64,000 nucleotides of DNA, from contig CAVVHG010000006.1 of NCBI GenBank assembly GCA_963747985.1, positions 682,206 through 746,205 of the forward strand. The letters are read 5' to 3'. The stretch comes from an uncultured Acidobacteriota bacterium (GTDB taxonomy: Bacteria > Acidobacteriota > UBA6911). Below the pieces are notes generated by a model that was not told the DNA's origin, searched no databases, and saw only the letters and a list, made by a program, of their open reading frames with translations. Shown piece after piece: positions 38,456-48,131 of this stretch (position 1 is its first letter; every line of letters begins with the position of its first letter). A program made the position numbers and the translations under genes.

Positions 38456-39485
38456 GGGCGGCCGGGTTCAACATTCGCTCGACCGCCATGCGCGCTCGCC
38501 CGGCGATTCCGGCATCGAGTTCCACAGCGTGCTGCATGGTCTGCAGTGAGCGGAGGATCGCAGGCAGCGTGATGCGCTTCATGTGCGGACAGAGGTTGCA
38601 GGGGCGTACGAACTCCGTCTCCGGGAACTCCACCGCGACGTTGTCGCTCATGGAACACTCTGTGATCATGACCACGCGCCTGGGCCGGTTCAGGCCGACG
38701 TGACGGATCATGCCCGCAGTCGAGCCGACAAAGTCCGCCTCGGCCAGCACCTCCGGAGGGCACTCGGGGTGCGCGAGCACGGATATATCCCCGAAACGCT
38801 CCCGGTAGTAACGGATGTCCTCACCGGTGAAGCGCTCATGTACCTCACAGTGGCCGCGCCAGAGGATCACATTTACGGCGGTCTGACCGGCCACATAGCG
38901 TCCCAGGTACTCATCCGGAAGAAAGATCACCCGGTCGACCCCCAGGGATTCAACCACCTCCACGGCGTTGGCCGAAGTGCAACAGACGTCTGACTCGGCC
39001 TTAACCGCCGCGGATGTGTTGACGTAGGTGACCACCGGGACCCCGGGGTAGCGCTGCCTGAGCAGCCGCACGTCCTCAGCGGTGATCGATGACGCAAGTG
39101 AGCAACCCGCCTCGAGATCGGGGATGAGGACAGTCTTCGCAGGGTTGAGGATCTTGGCGGTCTCGGCCATGAAGTGGACCCCGCACAGGACAATCACGTC
39201 CGCGTCGGTTTCCGCCGCTTCGCGCGCCAGCGCGAGCGAGTCACCGGTGAGATCCGCGACACCATGAAAGATCTCGGGGGTCTGGTAATTGTGAGCCAGG
39301 AGGACGGCACACCGCTCGAGTTTCAGGCGGTTGATGGCCGCGATGTACGGGGCATGCACCGGCCATTCAATCGCGGGGATTATGTGTTTCAGGCGTTCGT
39401 AAACGGGCGCGGTTTCGCGTTCCACCTCCGCGGTGAAACTGAGAGCACCGGTTTCCTCGGCCCGATCGGTTGTTTCCAGCGCCAT
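38433..39485 (-). CDS. nadA: Quinolinate synthase A.
   Basis: Canonical NadA segments are present: ...[13 protein letters not shown]...[24 protein letters not shown]...[11 protein letters not shown]...PECPPEV.... ATG 39485 (MALETT) is preferred over the track's GTG 39518, which abuts a terminator T-tract. Confidence 0.9.
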   Translation of the reverse strand: MALETTDRAEETGALSFTAEVERETAPVYERLKHIIPAIEWPVHAPYIAAINRLKLERCAVLLAHNYQTPEIFHGVADLTGDSLALAREAAETDADVIVLCGVHFMAETAKILNPAKTVLIPDLEAGCSLASSITAEDVRLLRQRYPGVPVVTYVNTSAAVKAESDVCCTSANAVEVVESLGVDRVIFLPDEYLGRYVAGQTAVNVILWRGHCEVHERFTGEDIRYYRERFGDISVLAHPECPPEVLAEADFVGSTAGMIRHVGLNRPRRVVMITECSMSDNVAVEFPETEFVRPCNLCPHMKRITLPAILRSLQTMQHAVELDAGIAGRARMAVERMLNPAARGSRKNA

Positions 39486-39492
39486 GTCAGCC

Positions 39493-39513
39493 CTTATGCT
39501 CAATTTGAGTATA
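39493..39513. promoter_or_regulatory. AT-rich 21-bp palindrome, TTATGCTCAA-T-TTGAGTATAA, in the nadA 5' region. Candidate NrtR operator.
   Basis: It has 10-1-10 dyad symmetry with one mismatch, in a region otherwise about 65% GC. It lies between the terminator and the nadA ATG (39485). The adjacent gene encodes an NrtR-type regulator. Confidence 0.4.
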
Positions 39514-39523
39514 ACCACTCGCC

Positions 39524-39548
39524 AAAAAATCAGCCCGCCTTGCGGGCT
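39524..39548 (-). terminator. Rho-independent terminator (minus strand) between nrtR and nadA.
   Basis: On the minus strand it reads AGCCCGC-AAGG-GCGGGCU: a 7-bp GC stem with a tetraloop, followed directly by UUUUUU (plus-strand gccAAAAAAtc AGCCCGCcttgGCGGGCT). Confidence 0.7.
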
Positions 39549-39709
39549 CTACTTATACTAGGACTGAGCATATCTCCTGTCAACCCGGAGTTGCAGTACA
39601 ACCTGCTGCCGGGGCAAATGCCCCGCCACCGCCTGCCCTGAAGCGGGGGCGGGACACGCAGTTTCTGCCGCCGCGACTTCATGGCGGGATGCTTGCGCAT
39701 CCCCGCCGC

Positions 39710-40771
39710 TCATCCGATCTGGCGGAAGCCGGGCAGGCCGACGCCGGGCGCCGGACGTTCGCGAAGCACCTCCCTGCGGAAGCGGAAAAGCTCGGCGGGC
39801 CGGCCGCCGGTGCGCGTCTCGTAGCGGCCCGTGTGTTCCACCAGCCTGGCCGATTCGACCAGACGCCTCAGGTTCTGTTTGTGGAGCCGCACTCCCACGA
39901 GCGCCTCGACCACGCGCTGCAACTGGAGCAGGGTGAACGACGTCGGAAGCAACTCGAACACCACGGGCCTGTATTTCAATTTTCCCCGGATCCGGCTGAG
40001 CGCGGTGGCCAGTATTCTTCGATGATCCAGCGCCATCGACTCGCCGAGCCGCGGCGATCCCGGCGCGGTGGCCGACCTGCCGGGCCGGCCGTCGGACCGG
40101 TCGCGAGCGGCTTCAGGTGCGAGACCCATCTCGTAAATCAATTCGTACCGGTCGAGGACGCGCTCGAAATCCCACGGTGCCCCTCCGATACCGAAGTAGA
40201 TCTCGCTTCTTTCCCGGCGCTCGCGCCGGTGTGCAGCGTCCGGCGCAGACCGGATCCAGGCTTCGAGCGCCGGCCGGATGACCTTCAGGAACACGTCGGG
40301 GCGGCCTTCACGCCAGTCTTCCCAGGGGAAGAAGCTGTACCAGTCTCTCCAGGTGGCGCCGCGCGTGCCCGAGGGACGGGCCTCACGCACGAGAGCGAGA
40401 TAGGCGATCGACACCACGCGCTGGCCAATCTCGCGCACCTCCGGGTCGCGGTCGCGGTCCCCAAAGGTATAGAGCTGTTCGACGTATCCCAGCTCGAGGC
40501 CGGTCTGTTCCCTCACCCAGCGCCGGAGCCCAAGATCCAACGTGCGGTCCCTGTCCGGGTGCAGCAGGCCGGACGGCAGGGCATCTTCCCGCGGCGTGTC
40601 GCCATCCTTGCGCTGCGTCGCTCCGGCGTTGGCATCGTGCAGGATGGTCAGAATTCTCGGCACTTCGCGCGTCACCGCGACGATGACTGCGTTCAGGCCG
40701 AGCGATACTCTTGGCTTCATTGGGCACCGGCTTCCGGATTCAAGCGCGGCTAGTTTAGATCTCCCGACCAC
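39710..40771 (-). CDS. nrtR: NrtR-like regulator (Nudix-related transcriptional regulator of NAD metabolism): N-terminal Nudix-like domain plus C-terminal winged-helix domain.
   Basis: The roughly 350-aa two-domain shape fits. The N-terminal Nudix-like fold (...LNAVIVAVTRE...LPSGLLHPDRDRTLDLGLRRWVREQTGL...) has a degenerate Nudix box. The C-terminus (...FTLLQLQRVVEALVGVRLHKQNLRRLV...) looks like a DNA-binding domain. It sits directly upstream of nadA-nadC. The likely start is MKPRVSLG (aa 18). Confidence 0.65.
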   Translation of the reverse strand: MVGRSKLAALESGSRCPMKPRVSLGLNAVIVAVTREVPRILTILHDANAGATQRKDGDTPREDALPSGLLHPDRDRTLDLGLRRWVREQTGLELGYVEQLYTFGDRDRDPEVREIGQRVVSIAYLALVREARPSGTRGATWRDWYSFFPWEDWREGRPDVFLKVIRPALEAWIRSAPDAAHRRERRERSEIYFGIGGAPWDFERVLDRYELIYEMGLAPEAARDRSDGRPGRSATAPGSPRLGESMALDHRRILATALSRIRGKLKYRPVVFELLPTSFTLLQLQRVVEALVGVRLHKQNLRRLVESARLVEHTGRYETRTGGRPAELFRFRREVLRERPAPGVGLPGFRQIG

Positions 40772-40920
40772 CTTCTGGCAATCGGCGTCGACTGTGTGCT
40801 TCGGCGAAGCACGCAGACATCAGGTTGGAGCTTGCAGGAATCGTCGGTTTGAGTTAGTAAACGTCTGTCCTGAGACAGAGCCTCCTGCTTTCTGCGACTC
40901 AGGCAGAACAGGATTCCGAC

Positions 40921-42351
40921 ATGCTATCGGCCGCGTCTTTCAGAGACCCTGACGGATTTTGCTTCGCCTGGGACGGCAGGATCCTCCGGGCTGTCAACTC
41001 ACAAGCGCTGGCGGCCATCGAACCGTTCCTGAGCTCGGCCACGGCCGAAGGCCTGATCGCCCGTCATCGGCTCGTTCCGACACGCAGGCTCAGCTCGCCG
41101 GAATTCGATCAGTTGTCGGCGAGCCAGGGACTTCAGTCGCTGGCCTGCGGACGTGAAGTGGCAGCCGTGTTCGAGCACGAGAAGGTGGAATTCGCCAGTT
41201 TCCCCTACGAGTGGGCGCCCGAAATGCTCCACGCCGCAGGCATGCTGACACTCGATCTGGCCCAAGCCTCCCTTGCGGAGGGCTACTCTTTGAAGGATGC
41301 CACTCCTTACAACGTCCTTTTCCGCGGATGCGCGCCGCTGTTCATCGACATGCTTTCGTTCGAGCGTCGAAACCCGCGCGATCCGATCTGGCGGCCGCAT
41401 GCACAGTTCTGCCGGACTTTCCTGCTGCCGCTGCTGGCCCACCGGCTCTGGGGAATCCGTCCCGTGGACGTCTTCACGAGCAGGCGAGACGGACTTGAGT
41501 CCGCGGACGTATACCGGATGTGCGGCCCCGTCAGGAGACTGCTGCCGCCTCTGCTCACACTGGTGTCACTACCCACGTGGTTGTCCGGCAAAGGCGCCGG
41601 CGGATCGGTGTATCGCGACCGGCTCGTCGCGGATCCGAGGGGCGCACGCTTCATACTCGATTCCCTGTTCAACCGGCTTCGCCGCACTCTCCGTTCAGTC
41701 ATGCCCAAAGGGCCTCGAAGGACGGTGTGGTCAGGCTACATGGATTCCCACAGCTACACCGAAACGGGATTCAAGGCCAAAGAGGACTTTGTGCGTGATT
41801 TCTTGAGCGGTCACCGACCCGCGCGGGTTCTCGATGTCGGCGCGAACACCGGAAATTTCAGCGCTCTGGCAGCCAGGTCCGGCGCTCGAGTGGTGGCGAT
41901 CGACTACGATCCGGGATGCATCGGGCTGCTCTGGCAGCGTGCGCATGAGAGGGAGCCGGGCATTTTGCCGCTCGTGGTCGACCTGTCCCGTCCCAGCCCC
42001 GCGACCGGCTGGCGCAACCGCGAGTGCGCCAGTTTCCTTGCCAGGGCCCAGGGCGCGTTCGATGCGGTGCTGATGCTGGCCGTGCTCCATCACCTCCTGG
42101 TGACCGAGAGGGTTCCGGTTGAAGAAGTGGTCGAATTGGCGGCGAACATGACGACCCGCTGGTTGGTGATCGAATTTGTTTCGCCGCAGGACGAGATGTT
42201 CAAGACGCTGACTCGCGGGCGCGATCACCTGCATGCCGGCCTCACGCGTGCTGTGTTCGAGGCTGCCTGCCAACGATTTTTCCGCGTGGCCCGCAGCGAG
42301 CAGGTCCCGGGAACGGACCGATGGATGTACCTCCTGGAGAAAATAGCCTGA
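40921..42351 (+). CDS. Class I SAM-dependent methyltransferase with an uncharacterised N-terminal domain of about 250 aa.
   Basis: Motif I of the C-terminal half reads VLDVGANTGNFSALAARSGARVVAIDYD. An acidic post-I motif and LMLAVLHHL (motif IV region) follow. I cannot place the N-terminal domain (FPYEWAPEMLHAAGMLTLDL...YNVLF.G..PLFIDMLSFE). Confidence 0.6.
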   Translation: MLSAASFRDPDGFCFAWDGRILRAVNSQALAAIEPFLSSATAEGLIARHRLVPTRRLSSPEFDQLSASQGLQSLACGREVAAVFEHEKVEFASFPYEWAPEMLHAAGMLTLDLAQASLAEGYSLKDATPYNVLFRGCAPLFIDMLSFERRNPRDPIWRPHAQFCRTFLLPLLAHRLWGIRPVDVFTSRRDGLESADVYRMCGPVRRLLPPLLTLVSLPTWLSGKGAGGSVYRDRLVADPRGARFILDSLFNRLRRTLRSVMPKGPRRTVWSGYMDSHSYTETGFKAKEDFVRDFLSGHRPARVLDVGANTGNFSALAARSGARVVAIDYDPGCIGLLWQRAHEREPGILPLVVDLSRPSPATGWRNRECASFLARAQGAFDAVLMLAVLHHLLVTERVPVEEVVELAANMTTRWLVIEFVSPQDEMFKTLTRGRDHLHAGLTRAVFEAACQRFFRVARSEQVPGTDRWMYLLEKIA

Positions 42352-42493
42352 TATCCAGCACGGAAGCGGGATCACCGAGACGAACCCCGGCGACCGGGGA
42401 CTGGCTTTCGTATCCGGTTTTTGCTCTTGCGGCCGGCTCGCCTGGGACATAATCTATCAGGTCGGCAAATATTCGCGGAGGGCTGCGGGAGCT

Positions 42494-42736
42494 GTGAGAA
42501 CGCCGGGCAGGCAGGTACTCATCGTCGCTTCACTTTTTGCTGCTATTTGCCTGATACCCCTTCGGCATGTTCACGCTTATGTTGATCCGGGCTCCGGAAG
42601 TTACATTCTGCAGCTCCTGGTTGCGGCCCTGTTCGGAGCTATGTTCGCAGCGAGAGTATTCTGGACAAGGATCAAGGGGTTGTTTAGCAGGATGACGGCT
42701 GCATCCTTCAGGCACAAGCAGGACGCGGAGAAATAG
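42494..42736 (+). CDS. Small two-TM membrane protein (80 aa), hypothetical.
   Basis: There are two hydrophobic helices (VLIVASLFAAICLIPL / YILQLLVAALFGAMFAA) and a basic C-terminus. It lies 80 nt upstream of the large sulfatase-like gene on the same strand. Confidence 0.35.
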   Translation: MRTPGRQVLIVASLFAAICLIPLRHVHAYVDPGSGSYILQLLVAALFGAMFAARVFWTRIKGLFSRMTAASFRHKQDAEK

Positions 42737-42818
42737 TTAACGACGCTGCCGCGGGCCGATACCCGCTGCCTTCCCCGGCTCAGTCCGAAGCAGCAGGCCT
42801 CACAGCCCGGTTTGTCCC

Positions 42819-45395
42819 TTGGAAGTTCCCTTGACCCCCGGAAAAACGTTCCTCGTCAACGTCCTCGACCTCTTGGTCCTCAGTTGTCTCGTGGTATCAC
42901 AGCCGGTATTCGACCTGCTGGCTAAGAACGTGGAGTTCCTTGCTGCCCGGAATTCTGATGCCGCCGACATTTTCGTACTGACGATCGCCGCCGCCCTGCT
43001 GATACCGGCGTTTCTGACGCTGATAGAATTCATCGCCAGAATGATCGGCCCAGGAACCTATTCCTTCGTGCACCGAGTTCTGGTCTGGCTCCTGATCGCC
43101 CTGCTGCTGATGCCTCCGTGCAAGCCGCTCTGCAATCGGATCGGCGTCTGGTGCATCGTCGCGGTCCTGCTGGCTGCCGGTCTCATCTCCCAGTCTTACA
43201 TCCGTCTGCGTTCCAGAGGAATAGCCCTGGCTTATCTCTTGCCTATCGTCCTGATCCTTCCGGGCCTCTTCGTGTTCCACTCTCCAGTTCGCAGAATCCT
43301 CGAGCCCAGGGCAGGCGCGGCTCCAGTCTATCCTCGTGTCGACGCTGCTGCGCCGATTGTCATGGTGGTCTTCGATGAGCTTCCGCTGGTCTCCCTTATG
43401 GACGACCGGGGCCAGATCAACTCCCGTCGCTATCCGAATTTTGCGGCACTCGCACAGGAGGCGACGTGGTACCGCAATGCCTCGACAGTCACAGAAAGCA
43501 CGCTGCATGCAGTCCCCGCCATACTGGACGGGAACCTTCCGGATCCCGCCAGCAAGGCTCTTCCCGATGCAAGGGGTCACCCGCATTCGCTCTTCGCCCT
43601 CCTCGGCGGCACCTACGGCATGAATGTGGTTGAGAACAACACGCGGGTCTGCCCGCAAGACCTGTGCCAGCCATCGAACACCGGAGTCTCCCGGGTTGAG
43701 CGCCTCTCTTCGCTCTTCTCGGATATTGGAGTCCTTTATCTCTACTGGCTGCTTCCTTCCCATCTCACCCGGCAGCTGCCCAACATCACACTCTCGTGGG
43801 AGCATTTCCGGTTCGCCCAGGCCAACGTCCGTGCTCCTGCCCGGGGAAACGAGGATTTTGACCGCATGACCGCCTGGGAAAACCGCCCCGGGCTCTTCGC
43901 AGATTTCGTGAAATCCATTCAGCCCCGCTCCCGCCCGACTCTGAACTTCCTGCACGTACTGCTCCCTCATGCGCCATGGGAGTTCCTGCCCAGCGGGAAG
44001 AAGTACACGTTGGGAGAGAACGAAATTCGGGGACTGGCGGGAATCAACGACCGCGGGGTTGACCCGAACCAGTGGAACGACGACTCATGGGCTCTCGAAC
44101 AGGCTTACCAGCGACATCTGCTTCAGGTTGAGATGGTGGATCGCCTCGTGGGATTTCTCGTCGACCACATGAAGAGCACGAACCTCTTTGATCCCAGCCT
44201 GATCGTTATCACTGCGGATCACGGCGCCTCCTTCCAGGCCAATACTTCCCGCAGGTATCCCTCTCCGGCAAACTACGCCGATATCGTGGCCGTCCCGCTG
44301 TTCATCAAGGCTCCATACCAGAAAAAAGGGGAGATCACGGACCGGAACATCGAAAGCATCGACATCCTTCCCACCGTGGCGGACATCCTGGGCATTCATC
44401 TGCCTTGGCCGACAGACGGCCGGTCCGCGTTGAACTCATCCGATTCGCCAAGACGCAGGAAGACCGTCGTCGTCGAGAACGGCGAGAGATTTCAGATTGA
44501 CGCACCGCTGACCGGAGCACTCGAGAGCGTAAGAAGGAAGATCGCCAGGTTTGGGCTTGATCCCGCTGATCTTTTCCGGATCGGGCCTTGTCCTGAGCTC
44601 CTCGGACGGGAAACGAGGGACTTTCTAGCGGCGAAGCCCTCGATCCAATGCGATCTGGACGATAGGAATTACTACCAGAACGTGGACCCGGATTCTGATT
44701 TCATCCTGACCGACGTGCGCGGGCGTCTTTCGCGCCTCCGTCAGGACCTTCCCGCCATCCTTGATTTGGCGGTGGCGGTCAACGGAAAGATCAGAGGCGT
44801 GACCCGATCATACCTGGACGAAGGAGGCGTGGAACGGTTTTCCTCGGTTCTCTCCGACTCTGATTTCCAGCCGGGCTACAACCACATGGCTGTCTATCTG
44901 GCGACCAGGACGAGCAGCGGGTTCGAACTGGCCGAAGCAGAGGGAGCCGAAACGCCGCCATACCGGTGGGGAGAGGTGCTGCGCTTCGGCGAAAAAGGCA
45001 ACGCGCACCCATACAAAGCCGGGGGCTGGAGCACGCCCGAGGATCAGATCACCTGGACTGACGGAAACAGGGCTGAATTGGTTCTCCCCGCCAGGTCCCC
45101 GCAGGGCCCTGTCCGTTTGAGACTATACACAGGTGCGTACCTCAGTCCCGGCAAAGTCGACAGGCAGAGAGTAAGGGTTTCTATCAATCGCCGCGTTGCG
45201 GCTGAGCTGACGATAAGCAGGCCCGGTTTCAGGGTCCTCGAGGAAGTTGTTCCCGGGGACTTCTTCGACGATCAGGGCAGAATCGTCCTCACGTTCGACT
45301 TGCCCGACTCGGTTTCCCCCAAGTCGATCGGTGACGGCCAGGACCTGCGGCAACTCGGAATTGCCGTCAGTTGGCTCTCCCTCGCTGCACCTTAG
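42819..45395 (+). CDS. Membrane-anchored sulfatase-like (alkaline-phosphatase superfamily) hydrolase/transferase, LtaS/EptA-like, with an extra C-terminal domain.
   Basis: An N-terminal block of 5-6 TM helices comes first. The sulfatase-type catalytic region follows: ...IVMVVFDELP... (metal/nucleophile region), ...NFLHVLLPHAPWEF..., ...LIVITADHGASF.... About 250 further residues have no known domain. Total length is 858 aa. Confidence 0.7.
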   Translation: MEVPLTPGKTFLVNVLDLLVLSCLVVSQPVFDLLAKNVEFLAARNSDAADIFVLTIAAALLIPAFLTLIEFIARMIGPGTYSFVHRVLVWLLIALLLMPPCKPLCNRIGVWCIVAVLLAAGLISQSYIRLRSRGIALAYLLPIVLILPGLFVFHSPVRRILEPRAGAAPVYPRVDAAAPIVMVVFDELPLVSLMDDRGQINSRRYPNFAALAQEATWYRNASTVTESTLHAVPAILDGNLPDPASKALPDARGHPHSLFALLGGTYGMNVVENNTRVCPQDLCQPSNTGVSRVERLSSLFSDIGVLYLYWLLPSHLTRQLPNITLSWEHFRFAQANVRAPARGNEDFDRMTAWENRPGLFADFVKSIQPRSRPTLNFLHVLLPHAPWEFLPSGKKYTLGENEIRGLAGINDRGVDPNQWNDDSWALEQAYQRHLLQVEMVDRLVGFLVDHMKSTNLFDPSLIVITADHGASFQANTSRRYPSPANYADIVAVPLFIKAPYQKKGEITDRNIESIDILPTVADILGIHLPWPTDGRSALNSSDSPRRRKTVVVENGERFQIDAPLTGALESVRRKIARFGLDPADLFRIGPCPELLGRETRDFLAAKPSIQCDLDDRNYYQNVDPDSDFILTDVRGRLSRLRQDLPAILDLAVAVNGKIRGVTRSYLDEGGVERFSSVLSDSDFQPGYNHMAVYLATRTSSGFELAEAEGAETPPYRWGEVLRFGEKGNAHPYKAGGWSTPEDQITWTDGNRAELVLPARSPQGPVRLRLYTGAYLSPGKVDRQRVRVSINRRVAAELTISRPGFRVLEEVVPGDFFDDQGRIVLTFDLPDSVSPKSIGDGQDLRQLGIAVSWLSLAAP

Positions 45396-45627
45396 CCTGG
45401 GAGACGGCTGAGGCCTGGCCCGACGCACCTTCGAAACCTGATGTTTCTCCGACCGCGTCGCGGCTCCTCGCCGCAGGCGCGGACGCCGCACGCCTCGGCA
45501 AAACGCGCCCACTCCTGCCCCGTCGCCTGTCGATTCCGCCCGGCACGGATGATGATCTTGTGGCGCCCGATGTCGTATGGGAGAATGGCAGTCTTTCAAC
45601 ACACTCAGTCGTGGGAGGAACGAGGGC

Positions 45628-46674
45628 GTGAAGATTGCGGTCGGTGTACTGGGTGCCACGGGTGCCGTCGGACAGAAGTTCATCAAACTTCTCGAGGAGC
45701 ACCCCTGGTTTGAGGTGAGCGAGGTTGCGGCCTCGGAAAGATCCGCAGGCAGGCCCTACCAGGATGTGGTAGCTTGGAAGCAAACGACCCCGATTCCTGA
45801 GAGCGTCCGGGGGCTCGAAGTGCGACCCTGCGCTCCGGGACTGAAGTGCCGCGTCGTCTTTTCGGGGCTCGATGCCGCCGTGGCGGGTCCGGTGGAGGAA
45901 AGCTTTGCGCAGGCGGGCTACGTGGTGCTGAGCAACTCCCGCAACCATCGGCTCGACGAGGACGTGCCCCTTGTGATTCCTGAGGTCAATCCGGATCACA
46001 TGGGACTCCTGCCGATCCAGCGGCAGAACAGGAAGGCGCGCGGCTACATCGTCACGAACTCGAACTGCTCGACCATGTTTCTGGCGATGGCTCTGGCACC
46101 GCTGCACAAGGCCGTTGGAGTCGAGAAGGTCCTGGTGACCACGATGCAGGCAATCTCGGGAGCAGGATACCCCGGCGTCGCATCACTCGATATCCTCGGA
46201 AACGTCATTCCGCACATAGGCGGCGAGGAAGAGAAGATGGAGATCGAAACCAGGAAGATCCTCGGCCGCTTCAACGGCGGTTCGATCGACCTGGCGGACT
46301 TTGCGGTCAGCGCGCAGTGCAATCGCGTGCCGGTGGAGGATGGCCACACCGAATCGGTTTCCGTTAAGCTCTCACGCTCGATCTCTGCCACCGAAATCGC
46401 GTCCCTGATGCGCGGTTTCTCCGGGCCCCCTCAGAGCCTGAAGCTCCCGAGCGCCCCGGAGCGGCCAATCCTCGTGATGGAGGAGAACGATCGGCCGCAG
46501 CCGCGATTTGACGTGAACCGGGCACAAGGCATGGCGGCCATCGTCGGTCGCATCCGCCCCTGCCCCGTCCTGGACTTCAAGTTCACAGTCCTTGGCCACA
46601 ACACCATCCGGGGCGCTGCCGGCGCTTCGATTCTCAATGCCGAGTTCCTGAAGTCACAGGGGCTCACGGATTAG
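45628..46674 (+). CDS. asd: Aspartate-semialdehyde dehydrogenase.
   Basis: VKIAVGVLGATGAVGQKF (Rossmann) and the active-site ...SNCSTM... are present. The probable start is GTG 45628 with GGGAGG upstream. The track ORF starts at ATG 45577, 17 codons earlier. Confidence 0.85.
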   Translation: MKIAVGVLGATGAVGQKFIKLLEEHPWFEVSEVAASERSAGRPYQDVVAWKQTTPIPESVRGLEVRPCAPGLKCRVVFSGLDAAVAGPVEESFAQAGYVVLSNSRNHRLDEDVPLVIPEVNPDHMGLLPIQRQNRKARGYIVTNSNCSTMFLAMALAPLHKAVGVEKVLVTTMQAISGAGYPGVASLDILGNVIPHIGGEEEKMEIETRKILGRFNGGSIDLADFAVSAQCNRVPVEDGHTESVSVKLSRSISATEIASLMRGFSGPPQSLKLPSAPERPILVMEENDRPQPRFDVNRAQGMAAIVGRIRPCPVLDFKFTVLGHNTIRGAAGASILNAEFLKSQGLTD

Positions 46675-46677
46675 CGC

Positions 46678-48051
46678 ATGATCGTCTGCAAGTTCGGAGG
46701 GACCTCGGTTCAGGACGCCGAGGCCATGGAACGTGTCGCCGCGATCGTGAAACAGCGCATCGATCAGCGGCCTGCGGTAGTAGCCTCCGCCATGGGGAAG
46801 ACCACCAATGGCCTTCTCAACGCCGCGAGCCTGGCGGCGGACGGGAAGAGGCAGGAAGCTCTCGAGATTCTCAGCGCCCTGAAACATCATCACCTCTCCG
46901 AAGCCCAGAAGCTTGGCCTGGCGGCTCCCGGCGACGAGGTTCACGAAACCGTGACCTCGCACTTCAAGGAGATGGCGAGCATCGTGCGCGGGCTGGCGAC
47001 GCTCGGCGAGCTCACGCCACGAAGCATGGATGCGATGGCGAGTTACGGCGAGAGGCTTTCAACCCTGATCCTTTGCCATTGCCTGACGAGCCGGGGCATC
47101 CCGGCGGAACTGAAGGACTCGCGTCAGTTCATCATCACCGACGACAACTTCACCCGTGCCGCACCGCTTTTCGATCTGACCGACGCGGCGATCCGGGAAC
47201 GCCTTCTCCCAGATATAAACGCCGGGAAGGTTCCCGTAGTGCAGGGATTCGTCGGTGCGACGCGAAAAGGGATCACGTCGACTATCGGGCGCGGAGGATC
47301 CGATTACACCGCTGCGATCGTGGGAGCGGCCCTGGAGGCCTACGACATCCAGATCTGGACGGACGTGGACGGGATCATGACCGCGGATCCGCGCGTCGTC
47401 CCGGAAGCGCGCCGCGTCCGGGTTATCTCTTTCGATGAAGCAGCGGAGCTGGCATATTTCGGCGCGCGGGTCCTTCATCCCGCGACGATCCTGCCGGCCG
47501 TACGCAGGAAGATCCCGGTGCATGTGCTGAACAGCTACAAACCAGACCTGGAGGGAACCCTCATCACGGCCGAAGCGTTGCCGTGCACAAACCCTGTCAA
47601 GTCCATCGCCTGCAAGAAGGGGATCACGATTGTCAACATAACCTCCACGCGCATGCTGATGGCCCACGGGTTCCTGAGAGCCATCTTCGAGATTTTTGAC
47701 CGCTTCAGGGTTCCCGTGGATGTCGTGTCCACCTCCGAGGTGAGTGTTTCGCTCACCGTGGACGACACCTCGAGCCTGTGGGACATCGTCACCGAACTCA
47801 AGAAGGTCGGTGAGGTCAATGTCGAAGGCGGGAAAGCGATTGTCTGTTGCGTGGGCGACAATCTACGGAATACCTCCGGAGTGCTTCACCTCCTCGCCAG
47901 CGCGGTGCGCGAGGTCAACGTGCTTATGGTCTCGCAGGGCGCATCGGCCATAAACGTCACCGTTGTCGTCGACGAAGACCAGCTGAGCCGGTGTCTTCGC
48001 AGCCTGCACGATGTGTTTTTCCAGGAGGTTGATCCGTCCATTTTCGACTAG
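46678..48051 (+). CDS. lysC: Aspartate kinase (with C-terminal ACT domains).
   Basis: [21 protein letters not shown]...[13 protein letters not shown]... is the aspartokinase N-terminus. C-terminal regulatory domains are present. It starts 4 nt after the asd stop. Confidence 0.9.
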   Translation: MIVCKFGGTSVQDAEAMERVAAIVKQRIDQRPAVVASAMGKTTNGLLNAASLAADGKRQEALEILSALKHHHLSEAQKLGLAAPGDEVHETVTSHFKEMASIVRGLATLGELTPRSMDAMASYGERLSTLILCHCLTSRGIPAELKDSRQFIITDDNFTRAAPLFDLTDAAIRERLLPDINAGKVPVVQGFVGATRKGITSTIGRGGSDYTAAIVGAALEAYDIQIWTDVDGIMTADPRVVPEARRVRVISFDEAAELAYFGARVLHPATILPAVRRKIPVHVLNSYKPDLEGTLITAEALPCTNPVKSIACKKGITIVNITSTRMLMAHGFLRAIFEIFDRFRVPVDVVSTSEVSVSLTVDDTSSLWDIVTELKKVGEVNVEGGKAIVCCVGDNLRNTSGVLHLLASAVREVNVLMVSQGASAINVTVVVDEDQLSRCLRSLHDVFFQEVDPSIFD

Positions 48052-48131
48052 CTCAGGTCTCCGTCGCGCGGAATGCTTCAGACCTGGCCGAGCCACCAAA
48101 GCAGCATTTTCCTGCGGGCGACAGCGGAGGA

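Noticed and set aside
39518-39518. Track start (GTG) of nadA at 39518.
   Set aside because: It directly abuts the terminator U-tract with no RBS. ATG 39485 (MALETT…) is better supported. I kept the shorter CDS.
45396-45627. Checked the asd-lysC leader for a lysine riboswitch (L-box).
   Set aside because: None of the conserved L-box blocks (GAGGCGC…, …CTGTCA…, …TGGAG…) are present.
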